Source: Octopus sinensis (lineage: Eukaryota). Taken from it: a stretch of DNA of 64,000 nt. A model generated the notes under the pieces. The model was not told where the DNA came from. It searched no databases and worked only from the letters and a program-made list of their open reading frames with translations. Below, in pieces: positions 13,039 to 26,630 of the stretch. The stretch lies in the NCBI RefSeq assembly GCF_006345805.1, contig NC_043007.1:34534001-34598000 (forward strand), written 5' to 3'. Position numbers and translations under genes: made by a program. How positions within the stretch are numbered: position 1 is the first letter of the stretch; every line of letters starts with the position of its first letter.

Positions 13039-13217
13039 CATTTATATAGTTTGTGTACGAGAGATCGGGAAAATTTCGTAAAGCGTCGCACCCCAAAACC
13101 GCAAAGTATTGGGTCCCATACTATACCGAATCCGCTGCCCATCATAAAATAAAACGTACTTTTACGTTCTGGCCATCGAATTCCACGGAAGCAGATTTAT
13201 CAACTAACAATATAACA

Positions 13218-13752
13218 TTTCGTCCTTCTGCACCTTCTGAGTTGAAATTCCGCCGAGGTCATCTTTGCCTTTCATCTTTTCGGGGTTGATGAAATATGTA
13301 CCAGTTACACACTGGAGTCGATATAATCGATTGGCCTCCTCCCCCAAAATTTCAGGCCTTGTCCCTATAGTAAAAAGGATTATTGTACGTATACTTAAGC
13401 GGCGAGCTGGCAGAATCGTTAGCACGCCGGACGAAATGCTTAGCGGTATTTCGTCTGCCGCTACGTTCTGAGTTCAAATTCTGCCGAGGTCAACTTTTCC
13501 TTTCATCCTTTCGAGGTCGATTAAATAAGTACTAGTTGCGTACTGGGGTCGATGTAATCGACTTAATCTGTTTGTCTGTCCTCGTTTGTCCCCTCTATGT
13601 TTAGCCCCTTGTGGGCAATAAAGAAATAGGAATTGTTGGCTTGCCGGGTGAAAATCCTTAGCAGCATTTCGTCCGTCTTTACGTTCTGAGTTCAAATGCT
13701 GCCGAGGATGACTTTGGCTTTCATCCTTTCGGAGTCGATAAAATAAGTACCA
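13218..13752 (+). mobile_element. Three SINE B units; the middle copy is full length with the Tx1-like tail
   Basis: Head gcggcgagctggcagaatcgttagc at 13399; tail gccccttgtgggcaataaagaaata ending at 13628. Confidence 0.85.
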
Positions 13753-14408
13753 ACCTCCATGATACTTCCTGGGCTTTCAAGTTATTAGCTTCACAGTGGA
13801 ACTGACCATGTAATTCCATGTAGAGTAGGGTCTCTTCTCTCTCGTTGGTTATTCGTGATCGGAATGCTCTCAAGCCCATTTTTGGTAAATCCTACTGCAT
13901 TAGCAGCATGCTGTAACATTTTGTTTGCTGTTTACCAAATATTCTGCCATGCTTCTTTTTTCACTTTTTTAGCAATCCCGTACGCTAATCAGCCCATATC
14001 CACTTTTCCCCTTCTTCATGTAGAGTTTGTGTACGTTGGCCTTAGGGTGGAGGGCACCATGCATTGTCATTGTCTTTCGGGTAGTGCGATCGAGTTGGTT
14101 AGTCTCCGCTGGTATCCATTTCAGTATGGTTGCACTATAGCGGACTTCAGCAACAGCTCATATGTTGATGGCAGCCATAAGGTTCTACGAGTTTAGTCTT
14201 GATTTCAAGAGAAGTTTGAGGCGCTTCAAATATGCAGTGATGACGTTGTCTTTCATTTTACTGTACATAATATTGTCCAGCTCTAGGATTCCAAGGTACT
14301 CGTACCCATCATCATTTGGGTCTTCCATTCTCTCTCTGTTGGGCAATTCTATGCCCCTACAATCTCCTCTTTTCCTTCGTTTCAAAATGAGCACCGCACA
14401 CTTCGAAA
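13753..14408 (-). pseudogene. R4/Dong-like non-LTR retrotransposon RT C-terminal fragment
   Basis: YEYLGILELDNIMYSKMKDNVITAYLKRLKLLLKSRLNS, typical of RLE-clade RT thumb regions. Confidence 0.7.
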
Positions 14409-14440
<32 letters not shown>

Positions 14441-14452
14441 TATTATTATTAT

Positions 14453-14581
14453 TGAATGAGAGAGCAGTGCATGCCATCAAAGTGACACTGGGGTAAAATA
14501 TACGAAGCCCAGTATACCCATCATGACTACCCTTCTGATAAGGGTACACTAGGCACATGCACCAAAACCATGTGTGCGCGA
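14453..14581 (-). mobile_element. 3' fragment of the (TAA)n-associated non-autonomous element
   Basis: Reverse complement of 22614-22742; flanked by (TAT)n. Confidence 0.8.
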
Positions 14582-14582
14582 C

Positions 14583-14614
<32 letters not shown>

Positions 14615-14634
14615 TATTATTATTATTATTATTT

Positions 14635-14975
14635 TATGTTTGACTTTTGCTTTACATTTGTACAAGTTGGCTCCACGTCTCACCCAGAGATCTCAAGAGA
14701 CAACAAGTTGGAAATTCCTGTTGGTGTTATGCCTAGGGTGCCATATATTTGGTTTTGTACATAGCGTTGTTCTAGAGAATGTTTTAAAAAAAAGACATGA
14801 GAAAATTATGTTTGTTTTAAAACTTGAGATTACATAGAAAGTATTTTGCGTAGGATATGAGCGGTTCCCATGAGAACTATCTTTTGAATTTCTGCCATTT
14901 TGGGGTTTCCTGGGATCTGAGCTAGGTAGCATTCAGCCCCTTTTCCTATCATTCCCTGGGCACCTATGACAACAG
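14635..14975 (-). pseudogene. R4/Dong-like element 3' end (RLE C-terminus plus 3'UTR) embedded in (TAA)n
   Basis: VVIGAQGMI...IQKIVLMGTAHILRKILSM* followed by a UTR and TAA repeats. Confidence 0.7.
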
Positions 14976-15053
14976 TATTATTATTATTATTATTTATTAT
15001 TATTATTATTGTTATTATTATTATTATTATTATTACTGTTATTACTGTTATTA

Positions 15054-15087
<34 letters not shown>

Positions 15088-15149
15088 TGTTATTACTGTT
15101 ATTATTATTATTACTGTTATTATTGTTATTATTATTATTACTGTTATTA

Positions 15150-15186
<37 letters not shown>

Positions 15187-15904
15187 CATCATCATACATT
15201 TCTATACATGATCATACATATAATACCACATAATACCAGAGTTGCCTCCCCTGCCTTTCTCAACCAGAATTAATCTTTGAGCAAATAATTCTCTTTTCCC
15301 CATTACAGATTAGTTCGTTCGTGTAAGTTACCACCGTCCTTACTATTTGATTTCTATGCAGAGCATTTCTCTGACATTCTGCACAGTCCTTGTATTACAT
15401 TACATTATATTTTATCATATTATTTTATACCATAATCACATACACAAACATATAATAACATATAACCACGTATAAAAGTATAAAAATTTCCTTAAAAGAG
15501 AAGACATACTTTTTCTTTGCTTCCCCCCCCCCACTTCCATTTAGTAGAAATCCATTAATTATTTTCATTTAGAGTGCTTCCATTTTAACACTGACTCTCC
15601 AAGAACTCGAGACGCTTTATTCATTTATTTTGTTGTTCGTTTATTCCGTTATTCTAATGTTCTCGTCTGTTCTGCTCGTTGATCAGTCAGTCTCCTTCAG
15701 ATGATGGCTGAATGTAATTAGCTCGTAGCGAATGTAAATTTTAATTCGTCAAAACATAATCAAGGTGACATTGGGAATTTGCTCAAGAACTTACCGTTCT
15801 GTTTGCCTGTTTATTTGTCTGTCTGTCTGTCTGTTTGTTTGTTTGTTTTTTCTTTATTTTAATTTTTTTAAATTTTATCTGTCTGTGTGTGCGCGTCTGT
15901 CTGT

Positions 15905-16130
15905 CTCTTTTACTTGTTTCAGTCATTCGACTGTGGCCATGCTGGAGCACCACCTTTCGTCGAAGAAATCGACCCCATGACTTATTCTTTGTAAGCCTTG
16001 TACTTATTCTATCGGTCACTTTTGCCGAACCGCTAAGTTACGCGGACATGTAAACACACCAGCATCGGTTGTCAAGCAATGTTGGGGTTGGGGGGACAAA
16101 CACAGACACACCAACACAGACACACAAACA
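15905..16130 (-). mobile_element. SINE family A, 3' half
   Basis: Family similarity. Confidence 0.8.
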
Positions 16131-16132
16131 CA

Positions 16133-16188
<56 letters not shown>

Positions 16189-16691
16189 GTGTGTGTATAT
16201 ATGTATTTATGTATATATATTTATATGTATATATTTATATATATATACGTATATTTATATGTATAAATGTCTAAATATATATGTATTGTGTTATGTGTAT
16301 GCATACAAACACCTATGTGTATATGAGGATGAAGTTGTGTACACATACACACACACGCATGATCCACAGTCAAATGATTGAATCAAGTAAAACAGTATGT
16401 AAAAAACTTCTAAATAAGGACAAAAGAAAAGAATTCCAATGCCAAATATGCCGAGAATAGACTTTAAATCATCAATAACCACTACAAACACACGTATCGA
16501 AGCACGCTGACAGATAATTCTACAAAATTCCATTATTATCAGAAATCGATCCGATTTCTGAGTTAATTCATAAAGAATTTTCTCGTCATCAGCGGTAAAT
16601 ACGTTAAGAAATAAATGAAATACTTACTTGCACCCATGGAAGAGTGGAGGCGCAATTGCCCAGAGGTTAGGGCAGCGAACTCGCGGTTGGA

Positions 16692-16736
<45 letters not shown>

Positions 16737-16835
16737 TGTGTGTGTGTGCGCGTGTGTGTGGCGGGGTGCTAGATAAGATGATTTGGAAAATAGTGTGCGC
16801 TTTGTCTTCAATATTACATATTTGAAACAAATACC

Positions 16836-17060
16836 TATTTCTTTACTATCCACAAGGGGCTAAACACAGAGAGGACAAACAAGGACAGACAAACGGATTA
16901 AGTCGATTACGTCGACCCCAGTGCGTAACTGGTACTTATTTAATCGACCCCGAAAGGATGAAAGGCAAAGTCGACCTCGGCGGAATTGGAACTCAGAACG
17001 TAACGGCAGACGAAATACCGCTAGACATTTCGCCCGGCGCGCTAACGTTTCTGCCAGCTC
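16836..17060 (-). mobile_element. SINE family B with Tx1-like tail
   Basis: Near-consensus copy. Confidence 0.85.
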
Positions 17061-18659
17061 AGAGAGTTTATTGAAACGTCACTGAAAAACAAACTACACT
17101 TAAATGGGAGTGTTAACTAATAAGAATAAATATTAAATCATATTAGAACATATGAAAGCAAATTATTGATGCATGATGTAAAGGAAAAGAGGGAAAAGAA
17201 AATACAATGACGTCCAAACGTGGTCCCAGCCTACGTATTGAAAACTTTATAATCTGAATAAAAAGTATCAAGTATCAAGGGCTTCTGCCATTTCTGACTG
17301 AAATACTAAACCAGTGCATACGAATCTCTTGAAATTCAATGAAACATTAAGTATTCCAGAATTTATAAGTTGCTATGGAGACTGAGAATATTACTGGACT
17401 ATATTAACTTCAGAAGACAAAAATCTGAAAAACTGAAATACAAAGTCAACCCAGGAAGGATGAAAAGTAAAGCAGTTCCCAAAGGGGAGCTTACTCAGAA
17501 TGGGAAATAATGTACGGCAAAGTCTATGCTTCGTTGAAGAGCTCTGATCGGACCGAAACATCTTCCGAGTTGTCTATTGTTTAAACTGAAAAAATTAAAA
17601 TATTACTTATTGAACTAATGCTGCCTTTTTCTAGCCGCAAGAAGAATTTCTAATTTTTTTATACGCACAATATCAAGAATGTTAAGACCAACTTAACTAT
17701 CGTTTTTCAAGCAGATGGCATCTCTGAGTAATTAATCTCGATGATTTATATATTTAAAATATGCTAATATTTTTACGCCAATTCGGTACATTATCGTACA
17801 TCTATTTCCTAGTTCTCTTACCACTATTTCAGTATGTACGGTTACCGCTTATACATCGCTAAAAAAAAAGTCTAACAAGACCAATACATGTCCGGAGTTT
17901 TTCTGCTTCCTTACCGAAATGATTAAAAAAATGATAATTATTGAAATAGTGTTGTTTTTCTTCACGTAACTATTTCTAATTAGATTGTTGATGTTCGTCA
18001 GATTAATAATTTATTTTAACAATTTACTTACGTAGTTTCAACCGTTCAAAAATGAAATAAATTGATTTTTTTCCAAGGAAGAGGGAAATCTTAACTATTT
18101 GATCAGAACTGTTCGTCGGAGAGTAGTGCTGGAAAATGGAACCGACTAAATAGATGAAGAGTTGTGAGAACGCAAAAGGTAAAGAAAAAAAGGAAAATGT
18201 TGAAGAATCAATTAGCGAGTTTTCAATATTCTATATGTAGTTATTCTAAGCTTGCAGTGTGTGTGTATGATTATGAGTATGTCTGTATATGATTGTGTGC
18301 ATGTGTGTGATGGAATAGTGCAATAATCTTTTGGAATGTGATTACTCTTTGTAAAACTGGGATTGTATTGTAAAATGGGATTTTTCAAAAGAATCCATTA
18401 GTTCGACTGATGAGAGATTTTTTTTATTGTGCCTTGATGGAATTCTAATTGTGTCTTTAGAAGCATTCTTTGAAAATGGATGACACTTTTAATTGGGAAG
18501 ATGTTATTGGTATTTTGGCGCATAAATATTTTTCCGGTATAATTTCATGGAATTTTAAGTATTTCTTTTACAACATTCTGAAAGATGGATAATATTTACG
18601 TTGCAAAATCGTTTGAAATTTTATAGTTGAAACTTTAGGGTGTATTTAGGAGGGGTTTC

Positions 18660-18691
<32 letters not shown>

Positions 18692-18962
18692 GATATCTGT
18701 ATAGTTATCGATGATGGTATGGCCACCTACTATTTGTGCACACAACAATGATAAAGCCTCTATGCGGTAATTTGGCTTGGTAGAAATTGTAGCTAAATCT
18801 CTCACAAACCAAACACTGTAATTTTAAACACGGAAATGACATAAAATAATCCTGGATATGCTTAAAAAATGGAAATGTCATGGCTGGAATTCGACGGAGC
18901 CTCAACGTAGTCATTTCGGCTTGCTAGAAATGTCAACAAAATTTACCTCAAATGACACTTTA

Positions 18963-19264
18963 GTACCTTGAAAAGCGGACACATTGAATAATGTACCTTG
19001 AAAAGCGAACGCACTGAATAATGTACCTTGAAAAGCGGACACATTGAACAATGTACATTGAAAAGCGGACACATTGAATAATGTACCTTGAAAAGCGGAC
19101 ACATTGAATAATGTACCTTGAAAAGCGGACACATTCAATAATGTACCTTGAAAAGCGGACACATTCAATAATGTACCTTGAAAAGCGGACACATTCAATA
19201 ATGTACCTTGAAAGGCAGACATATTGAATAATGTATCTTGAAAGGCAGACATATTGAATAATGT
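18963..19264. repeat. 30-bp minisatellite (AATGTACCTTGAAAAGCGGACACATTGAAT), ~10 units
   Basis: Direct inspection. Confidence 0.95.
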
Positions 19265-19589
19265 AGTCATAGATATGAAATATACAAGAGAAGGACGGGA
19301 CAGTCATGATGGGAAAGGATTTGATTAAAAGTCTATTTCGCCAGGGCTGACCTGGTGTTAAACAAAATACTAGCCAATAAATATTGCTCCTAATGCGGTC
19401 GAAAACCATAAATATAATGCTAATGGCCATTTAGAAATCCCAGATTTCAAATTGAAACAAAAAGAATAGATCCAATTACGAAACGATGGAGAAAATGTCC
19501 AAGAAAAACGTCACTGAATTATATACATACGAGAGGGTCACAATATAGTGAGAAATAATTGTTACCCTAAATTTAAACCGAACTAATAA

Positions 19590-19833
19590 TAAAATAAATA
19601 AGAGCCCCTTTTAAAGCCTAGCCAGGCTCATGGGCCCGGTTTCCCGGTTTCAAAGGCGTATGTGTTCCCCAGCTGGACAGGACGTTACTCATTTTTGCCA
19701 GCTGAGGGGACTGGAGCAACGTGAAATGAAGTGTTTTGCTCAAGAACACAACGTGTCGCCCGGTCCAGGAATCGAAACCACAATCTTACGATCATGATGC
19801 TGACACCCTAACCACTAAGCCACGCGCCTCCAC
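19590..19833 (-). mobile_element. SINE sharing head and tail with family C but with a different core
   Basis: Head gtggaggcgcgtggcttagtggttaggg; tail cccatgagcctggctaggcttt. Confidence 0.7.
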
Positions 19834-19959
19834 AATCCGAACTAATAAGCAATTTAAAATATTATAAGTTTAATTAATCAACTTTTATTCATGGCATTTA
19901 AATAAAATGCGTAATTTTCTTGTCTTTTTCTCCACAGAAAATATAATACTGTTGGCAAG

Positions 19960-20105
19960 TAAAAGTCTTATGTTGTGCTAGTTGCCTTCTACGATGCAGA
20001 AACATGTTCAGTGTACAGAACAATGGAGAAAACGATAGAAGACTTTCAAATGTGGATCTTTCGCAGACTGAGCAGAATATGCTAGAAATACGGTAACAAA
20101 CGCTG
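19960..20105 (+). pseudogene. RTE-like LINE RT C-terminal remnant
   Basis: KSYVVLVAFYDAETCSVYRTMEKTIEDFQMWIFRRLSRI resembles the RTE 'YG.ETW..IEAFEMW.YRR.LRI' motif. Confidence 0.5.
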
Positions 20106-20147
20106 CCACACCAGAAGAGCTGAACGTCCAGAGACACCTATTGTCAA

Positions 20148-20703
20148 GAATCCTTTTCTACTCTATGCACAAGGCCCGAAAATTTTGGGGAAGAGGTCAG
20201 TCGATTACATCGACCCCAGTACGCAACTGGTACTTGATTTATCGACCCCGAAAGGATGAAAGGCAAAGTCGACCTCGGCGGAATTTGAACTCAGAACGTA
20301 GCGGCAGACGAAATACCTATTTCTTTACTACCCACAAGGGGCTAAACACAGAGGGGACAAACAAGGACAGACAAACGGATTAAGTCGATTACATCGACCC
20401 CAGTGCGTAACTGGTACTTGATTTATCGACCCCGAAAGGATGAAAGGCAAAGTCGACCTCGGCGGAATTTGAACTCAGAACGTAGCGGCAGACGAAATAC
20501 CTATTTCTTTACTACCCACAAGGGGCTAAACACAGAAGGGACAAACAAGGACAGACAAACGGATTAAGTCGATTACATCGACCCCAGTGCGTAACTGGTA
20601 CTTAATTTATCGACACCGAAAGGATGAAAGGCAAAGTCGACCTCGGCGGAATTTGAACTCAGAACGTAGCGGCATGCTTACGATTCTCCCAGCTCGTCGC
20701 CTT
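20148..20703 (-). mobile_element. Tandem trimer of SINE B (~184-bp period)
   Basis: Three near-identical cores with identical junctions. Confidence 0.9.
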
Positions 20704-21508
20704 TGTCGAGAATCAAATCTCCAAAGCTATCATATTTTGGTCATACAAAACGAATTCTAAACAATTACCCCAAGTTTAATCAATAAAAAATTTCTCCGAA
20801 GGACCTTTCTATAGCAACTCACCCTAAAACCCAGTTACCACTTCAGTCCAGCCCACAAACATTCAAGGAAGGATTTTAACTCAACATAGACAATATAAAC
20901 CCAAGATACACAGCAGTCTCACGATGGCTTAACTAGGCGAAACTTCAAAGTCACGATTCATAACATCCTTGTTTAAAAGTGTGTGTATGTGTGTAAGAAA
21001 ATAGAGAATACACATCGAATATTCACTTTTTTAATCATTGTGCAGCCATATTAAGTTTTTTTGCCGACGTGACGTTTCAGTCATTTGTCAATGTACACTT
21101 TAAATGGACACTGTTATAAATAAACGAAAGCTTCTTCTGGGCATTTGAGCAGCAATTTTTTTTACTTTCTCTCGAATGGAGAATTATTCGAACTGGCTGA
21201 AGCAAAAAAGAACTTGATATGACCGCACAATGATTATAAAAAGTGAACATTCTACATGTTTTCTCTATTTTCTTCTAACTATTATTTCCCCCTATATCGA
21301 AAAGAATGAAGTCTCTGCAGGGACAACTGGATTTTCAGAAGAGGAATGTACTAAGAATGGAAAAACTTACCAACCATAAACAAGAGTACATTAGAACACG
21401 AAGGATAACCAAAGCGATCAATTGATAATAGCGCAAAACTGGTGCTCGCTTGAATAACACATCCCCATAAGCAAAAAAATGTTTTCGAAGAAATTTTTTG
21501 CAAACAGG

Positions 21509-21547
<39 letters not shown>

Positions 21548-21746
21548 TCTTTTAATCATCTCATAATAATGACTTTTATGACTCGTATTACTACCTCAGT
21601 CAATCTAAATGTATATATTTGTCGTTACCTGTCATAAATAACCTTTTATTATTTGCGATGTGCATTTTCGTTGATTTTTCATATTTTACCCTTACATTTC
21701 CACGTGTATTTTATATTTTCTTTTTGTAACATATTTCTATTATATA

Positions 21747-21843
<97 letters not shown>

Positions 21844-21849
21844 GAGAGG

Positions 21850-22000
21850 AGTTTACGAAAAAAAAACAAAAGACGAAGACAGGTGATGTACAAATCAAAC
21901 GGATGTATTAGTATAACGCTCAGGAATAGAAAAAGTCTTTTACGTTTCGAGCCTACGCTCTTCTACAGAAAGGGACACAGAAAATACAAGGAGAGAAACA
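21850..22000 (-). mobile_element. Short repeat with a minimal hammerhead variant (Penelope pLTR-like)
   Basis: Minus strand 21972-21937 reads cttt-CTGTAGAA-GAGC gtag GCTC-GAAA-CGTA-aaag. Confidence 0.45.
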
Positions 22001-22030
22001 AAGGTTGCTTTCATAATCAGCATCAGCATC

Positions 22031-22124
<94 letters not shown>

Positions 22125-22310
22125 AGGTGGCGAGCTGGCAGGATCGTTAGTACGCGGGACGAAATGCTTAGCAGTATTTCGCCCGTCGCTCCGTTCTGAG
22201 TTCAAATTCCACCGAGGTCGACTTGGCCTTTCATCCTTTCGGGAAGGATAAAATAAGTACCAGTTTAACACTGGGATCGATGTAATTGACTCCTCCCCTA
22301 CCTCCCCCAA
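22125..22310 (+). mobile_element. SINE family B
   Basis: Head and core match the family. Confidence 0.8.
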
Positions 22311-22363
22311 GCTGCCCTTGAAGCAAAAAGCTGAAATTATAATAATAATAATAATAATAATAT

Positions 22364-22741
22364 TGGCTGACGATATGTGCATCGCTGATCACGAGCAGAA
22401 AGTAGTGGGGGAGCATCATAGCCATGTGTTGAGAGGGATTCTTTGGGGTTTGAATAATTCACCTCTGGAAACATGGGTGGTTCTTTCAACATCCTTAAAC
22501 AACCCTTATTCAGGGACATTTTGAGCGGGATGGGCTACTCAACCTGAAGAAAATTCTAACTGGGCCCCACCTGCAAGGTCATGCGCTGTTTATCTTGATA
22601 TGAGATCACCATGTCGCGCACATATGGTTGTGATGCATGTGCCTGGTGTACCCTTATCAGACGGGTAGTCATGATGGGTATATTGGGCTTCGTATATTTT
22701 ACCCCAGTGTCACTTTGATGGCATGAACTGCTCTCTCACTC

Positions 22742-22745
<4 letters not shown>
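22364..22745 (+). mobile_element. Non-autonomous element inserted in (TAA)n
   Basis: (AAT)n on both sides; homologues at 14453 and ~3100. Confidence 0.75.
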
Positions 22746-22791
<46 letters not shown>

Positions 22792-23149
22792 TCATTATTA
22801 TTATTGTTATTGTTGCTGTTATTGTTGATGTTGTTGTTGGCTCGAATTAGAGATTATTCTTTGTGGCTAATGGCGTGTTGGTATTGATCATGGTGGTGGT
22901 AATGGCACTGATGTCTAGTTGGGGATGGTGTTGTTAATGTTTTTTTTTTATGAAGGGGTTGCTGTTGCTGTTGTTAATGTTGCTTGTGATGTTGATGGTT
23001 ATTATCATAGTAGCGTTAATGACGTTTCTGTTGTTGGTGGTTAAGATGTCTATGTCGGTTAAGCGCTGGAATTATCGTTCCTGGAGAGGGTATTTTACAG
23101 CAATGCATGCTTGAAATGTTAGTATAGTGGAGATTTCTTGGCCTTCCAC

Positions 23150-23430
23150 TGTTATCCCATCCATCCGTCCACCTCCTCTTTTCTTCATCATCATCATCGT
23201 CATCACCATCATCAACATTGTCATCTTCCTCTTCCTCTTCCTCCTCCTGCTCCTCCTCATCATCATCACCATCCTCATCATCACCATCATCCTTATCATT
23301 ATCATCACCATTGTCATCACCACCACTACCACCACACCACCATCACTACCATCATCCTCAGCGTCATCTTCATTATCAGTATCATCACCTTCATCACCAC
23401 CACCATCATCATCATCATCGTCGTTATCAG
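23150..23430. repeat. Degenerate (CAT/CAC/CTC)n trinucleotide tract
   Basis: Direct inspection. Confidence 0.85.
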
Positions 23431-23885
23431 TAGCACAAGCAACCAGACGAAGGTTCACAGTTACATACAGGAAAAAAAATATGACTGTTTTGCGCAGAAA
23501 TTATTCATGATGCTGTTAAAAATATATCAACCAATCGGAAAGCCTCATTAAAACATACATTTAGAAATCATCATTAGTTTTAGGTTAAGTCTTTTCTGTT
23601 TTTTTGTTGCATTTATTTAGCTCTTTCCTTTTCTGCTGCTTATTAATTTTTAAATGGTGTTTTTGTGATATTTTTTTTTGGGGGGGGGGGCGAGAGGTAG
23701 TATGTGGGTTGTAAGTTCGTAATCCTTAAATTTGTCAAATAAAACAAACAGAAAACGGGAATCAGTGCGATGCTTTTGATAGTTTAATGCATACATAATA
23801 CATACATGCATACGTACATACACACACACACCACACACACACGCATATATGTACATAAATACATTCATGCAAACATACACACACA

Positions 23886-23947
<62 letters not shown>

Positions 23948-23958
23948 AACACATACAA

Positions 23959-24176
23959 GGCGGCGAGCTGGCAGAAACGTTAGCGCGCTGGGCGAAATGT
24001 TTCGCGGTATTTCGTCTGACGTTATGTTCTGAGTTCAAATTCCGCCGAGGTCGACTTTGCCTTTCATCCTTTCGGGGTCGATAAATAAAGTACCAGTTTT
24101 GCAACTGGGGTCATTGTAATTCCTTTGTCCTTGTTTGTCCCTTCTATGTTTAGCCCCTTGTGGGCAGTAAATAAAT
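23959..24176 (+). mobile_element. SINE family B with Tx1-like tail
   Basis: Complete head and tail. Confidence 0.85.
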
Positions 24177-24355
24177 ATATATATAAACACATGCGAGCTA
24201 CACCCTTATAACATTAGGGATTCAAATCAAGTGCGCAAGCGCATTCATATAGCTAACAGCAAATAATTAATTTTTAAAACTGCTTACTATATAAGCCTCA
24301 GAATTAGAATGTTTTTCTGTGTAAAGCATAGGGGTAAAAAAAACTTGAATTTATT

Positions 24356-24824
24356 ACCAGTGGTTTGCATGCATAATAAAAATCACAAGACAACATATTT
24401 TCATATATAAGAGTGTATAAAGATATATACTCAAAGAGAAGACCCATTTCAGGACTTCTTACATGCTGAAACGGGAGTTAAACGCAATCACAAGAAGATA
24501 ATTCTAAAGGCGTGCCGATAAAGCACCAGAATGAAAGGAATTATTATTTTTAGTTAATCCCATACTCGAGTTTTCCTATTAATGAGCAAATATGGGTTTA
24601 ACCAAAATGAGCAAGTGTGAGATTAACTAAAAATAATAATTCCTTTCATTCTAATGCTTTATCGGCGTGCCTTTAGAATTATTTTTTCGTAGTTGGATTT
24701 AACTTTCCTTTTAGCATGTAAGAAGTCCTGCCATGGGTCTTCGCTTTGAGTATATATCTTTATACACTCTTTTATATGAAAATATGTTGTCTTATGACTT
24801 TTATTACGCATGCGAACTACTGGT
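24356..24824. repeat. Long inverted repeat (~210-bp arms, ~50-bp spacer)
   Basis: 24356-24566 is the reverse complement of ~24615-24824, with scattered mismatches. Confidence 0.9.
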
Positions 24825-26397
24825 TCAATTGACGTTTCATTAAAAGACATACCTGTACCACCCAGGAAGGAGTATATGAAAGATTTAATTACCAAGATTA
24901 CTGAATTTATTTTACATTCACGCTAGTAAACATAAATATATTTAAATTCAGTCTTTTCTTGGATCTGTAAATCTTTATATATTAAACATTACATTGAAGA
25001 GATTGTTACCCACAAAGAATGGATTTTTATGTTATTATGGGTAAGAATCGAAACAATTGTATGTAATTTGTATTTGATATTTATTATTTATTATATTATA
25101 TTATTATAAAAATATAATATAATATGTTAATAAATTTTAATTTTTGAATTGACAATTGTATATCTCCATTTTCTTTTCATTTATATATATATATATATAT
25201 GCACGTATTATGTATATCGGAGTTGTACATGTCTGACAAGCGAATTGTCCAATGACCGTGCAATGAAGTTAAAGGAATTACACCGTGCAGGAATCATTTT
25301 AGCCATTCAAAAGCACAGAAATTGTTCTCTTCATATAATCACTCATTAGTTTGTGTCAAAACTTTTCGCTGAACTGCCAGCGACCCCGTCACTGGTAAAA
25401 CCTGTAAGTTACAGTGAAGCTGTAACTCAGTGGACTGAAGTGATTTGCGAGGATTTATGTAGCGAGAATTAGTTTGAAAGAATGCATCGGGTGTTTTGAC
25501 AAGATTTTACATCCTAATAGTATGTAGGATCCTTTTCTTTTACTCTCTTTATACAATAAAATCCTTTGAAATTATCAGTAAATAACAAAGCAATAATTTT
25601 CGATATCTCAAATATAGAGAGAGCAAAAAAAAAAAAAAAAAATGGGGTGGGATCCGTGCACCACGAAAATCACTAATGCCAACGGATGTTTACAATACTA
25701 ATATACATAAAGCTTTAGTGTATCTTAACAAAATAAGGAAAGAAATTGATATTGAATAATGACGACATATATATATAGTACTATTTCATTTTCCAAAAAT
25801 GTGACATGCTGTTGTGTTAATTTATTAAGGATGTAAAAATAATTCCAAATACAAAAAAACAAAAAAATTATATGCGCAAATTCACTTGAATTGAAAACAT
25901 TGCTAGTAAGTAACTTGGCTTACGTTCTTTCTCCTTTCTTTCACTTTTCTTAATTCTCCCGCACTGCCTTTTTCTCTCACTAACTCGCATTTTATCCTCT
26001 TTTTGTTACTCAGCTGAGTCTGAGGAATAAAGGAGTTGGAGAAAATAAAGTAAGAGAGTGTTTAAGAAATTAACTAATAAAGAAAAAAAAACGTCTTTTT
26101 TATTAGCTAATAATAAAAAAAGGAGAGTGACAAGTATACAAGATCGATCCAAACAACTCCAAAATAGATAATATTCCCTTTACCGTTATTGATGATCAAA
26201 CATTTCATTTAGTCGATCAATCAGCTAGGTTTGTGAAAGCCCTTTCGTCATTCGCAACCACTTTAATGACATTCCCTCTCTGCTTCATGTCTGTCTGTCT
26301 GTCTCCTCTATTTTAACCATTGTATACACGTTATAAATCAAATGAATGTAATTTCAAACATCCTCTTTACTTCGAGCATTTCGGATTTCTAAATATC

Positions 26398-26630
26398 TCT
26401 TTCTTTACTACCCACAAGGGGCTAAACACAGAGAGGAAAAACAATGACAGACAAACAAATTAAGTCGATTATATCGACCCCAGTACGTAACTGGTACTTA
26501 TTTAATCGACCCCGAAAGGATGAAAGGCAAAGTCGACCTCGGTGGAATTTGAACTCAGAACGTAGCGGTTGACGAAATACCGATAAGCATTTCACCCGGC
26601 GTGCTAACGATTCTGCCAGCTCGCCGCCTT
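26398..26630 (-). mobile_element. SINE family B, full length, with probable TSD
   Basis: atttctaaatatct flanks both sides (26385 and 26631). Confidence 0.85.

Noticed and set aside
14966-15233. Poly-I/L/N ORFs
   Set aside because: (TAT)n microsatellite; only the Dong-like C-terminal part of 14830-14975 is real
15693-15765. Hammerhead-like cctt-CAGATGA...ATC-aagg (similar cases at ~17531, ~18406 and ~40100)
   Set aside because: Core or stems too degenerate to support
18911-19430. Repeat-protein ORFs or a CRISPR-like array
   Set aside because: 30-bp tandem units without spacers; eukaryotic minisatellite
23072-23551. His/Asp/Ser-rich ORFs
   Set aside because: Trinucleotide low-complexity tract open in several frames
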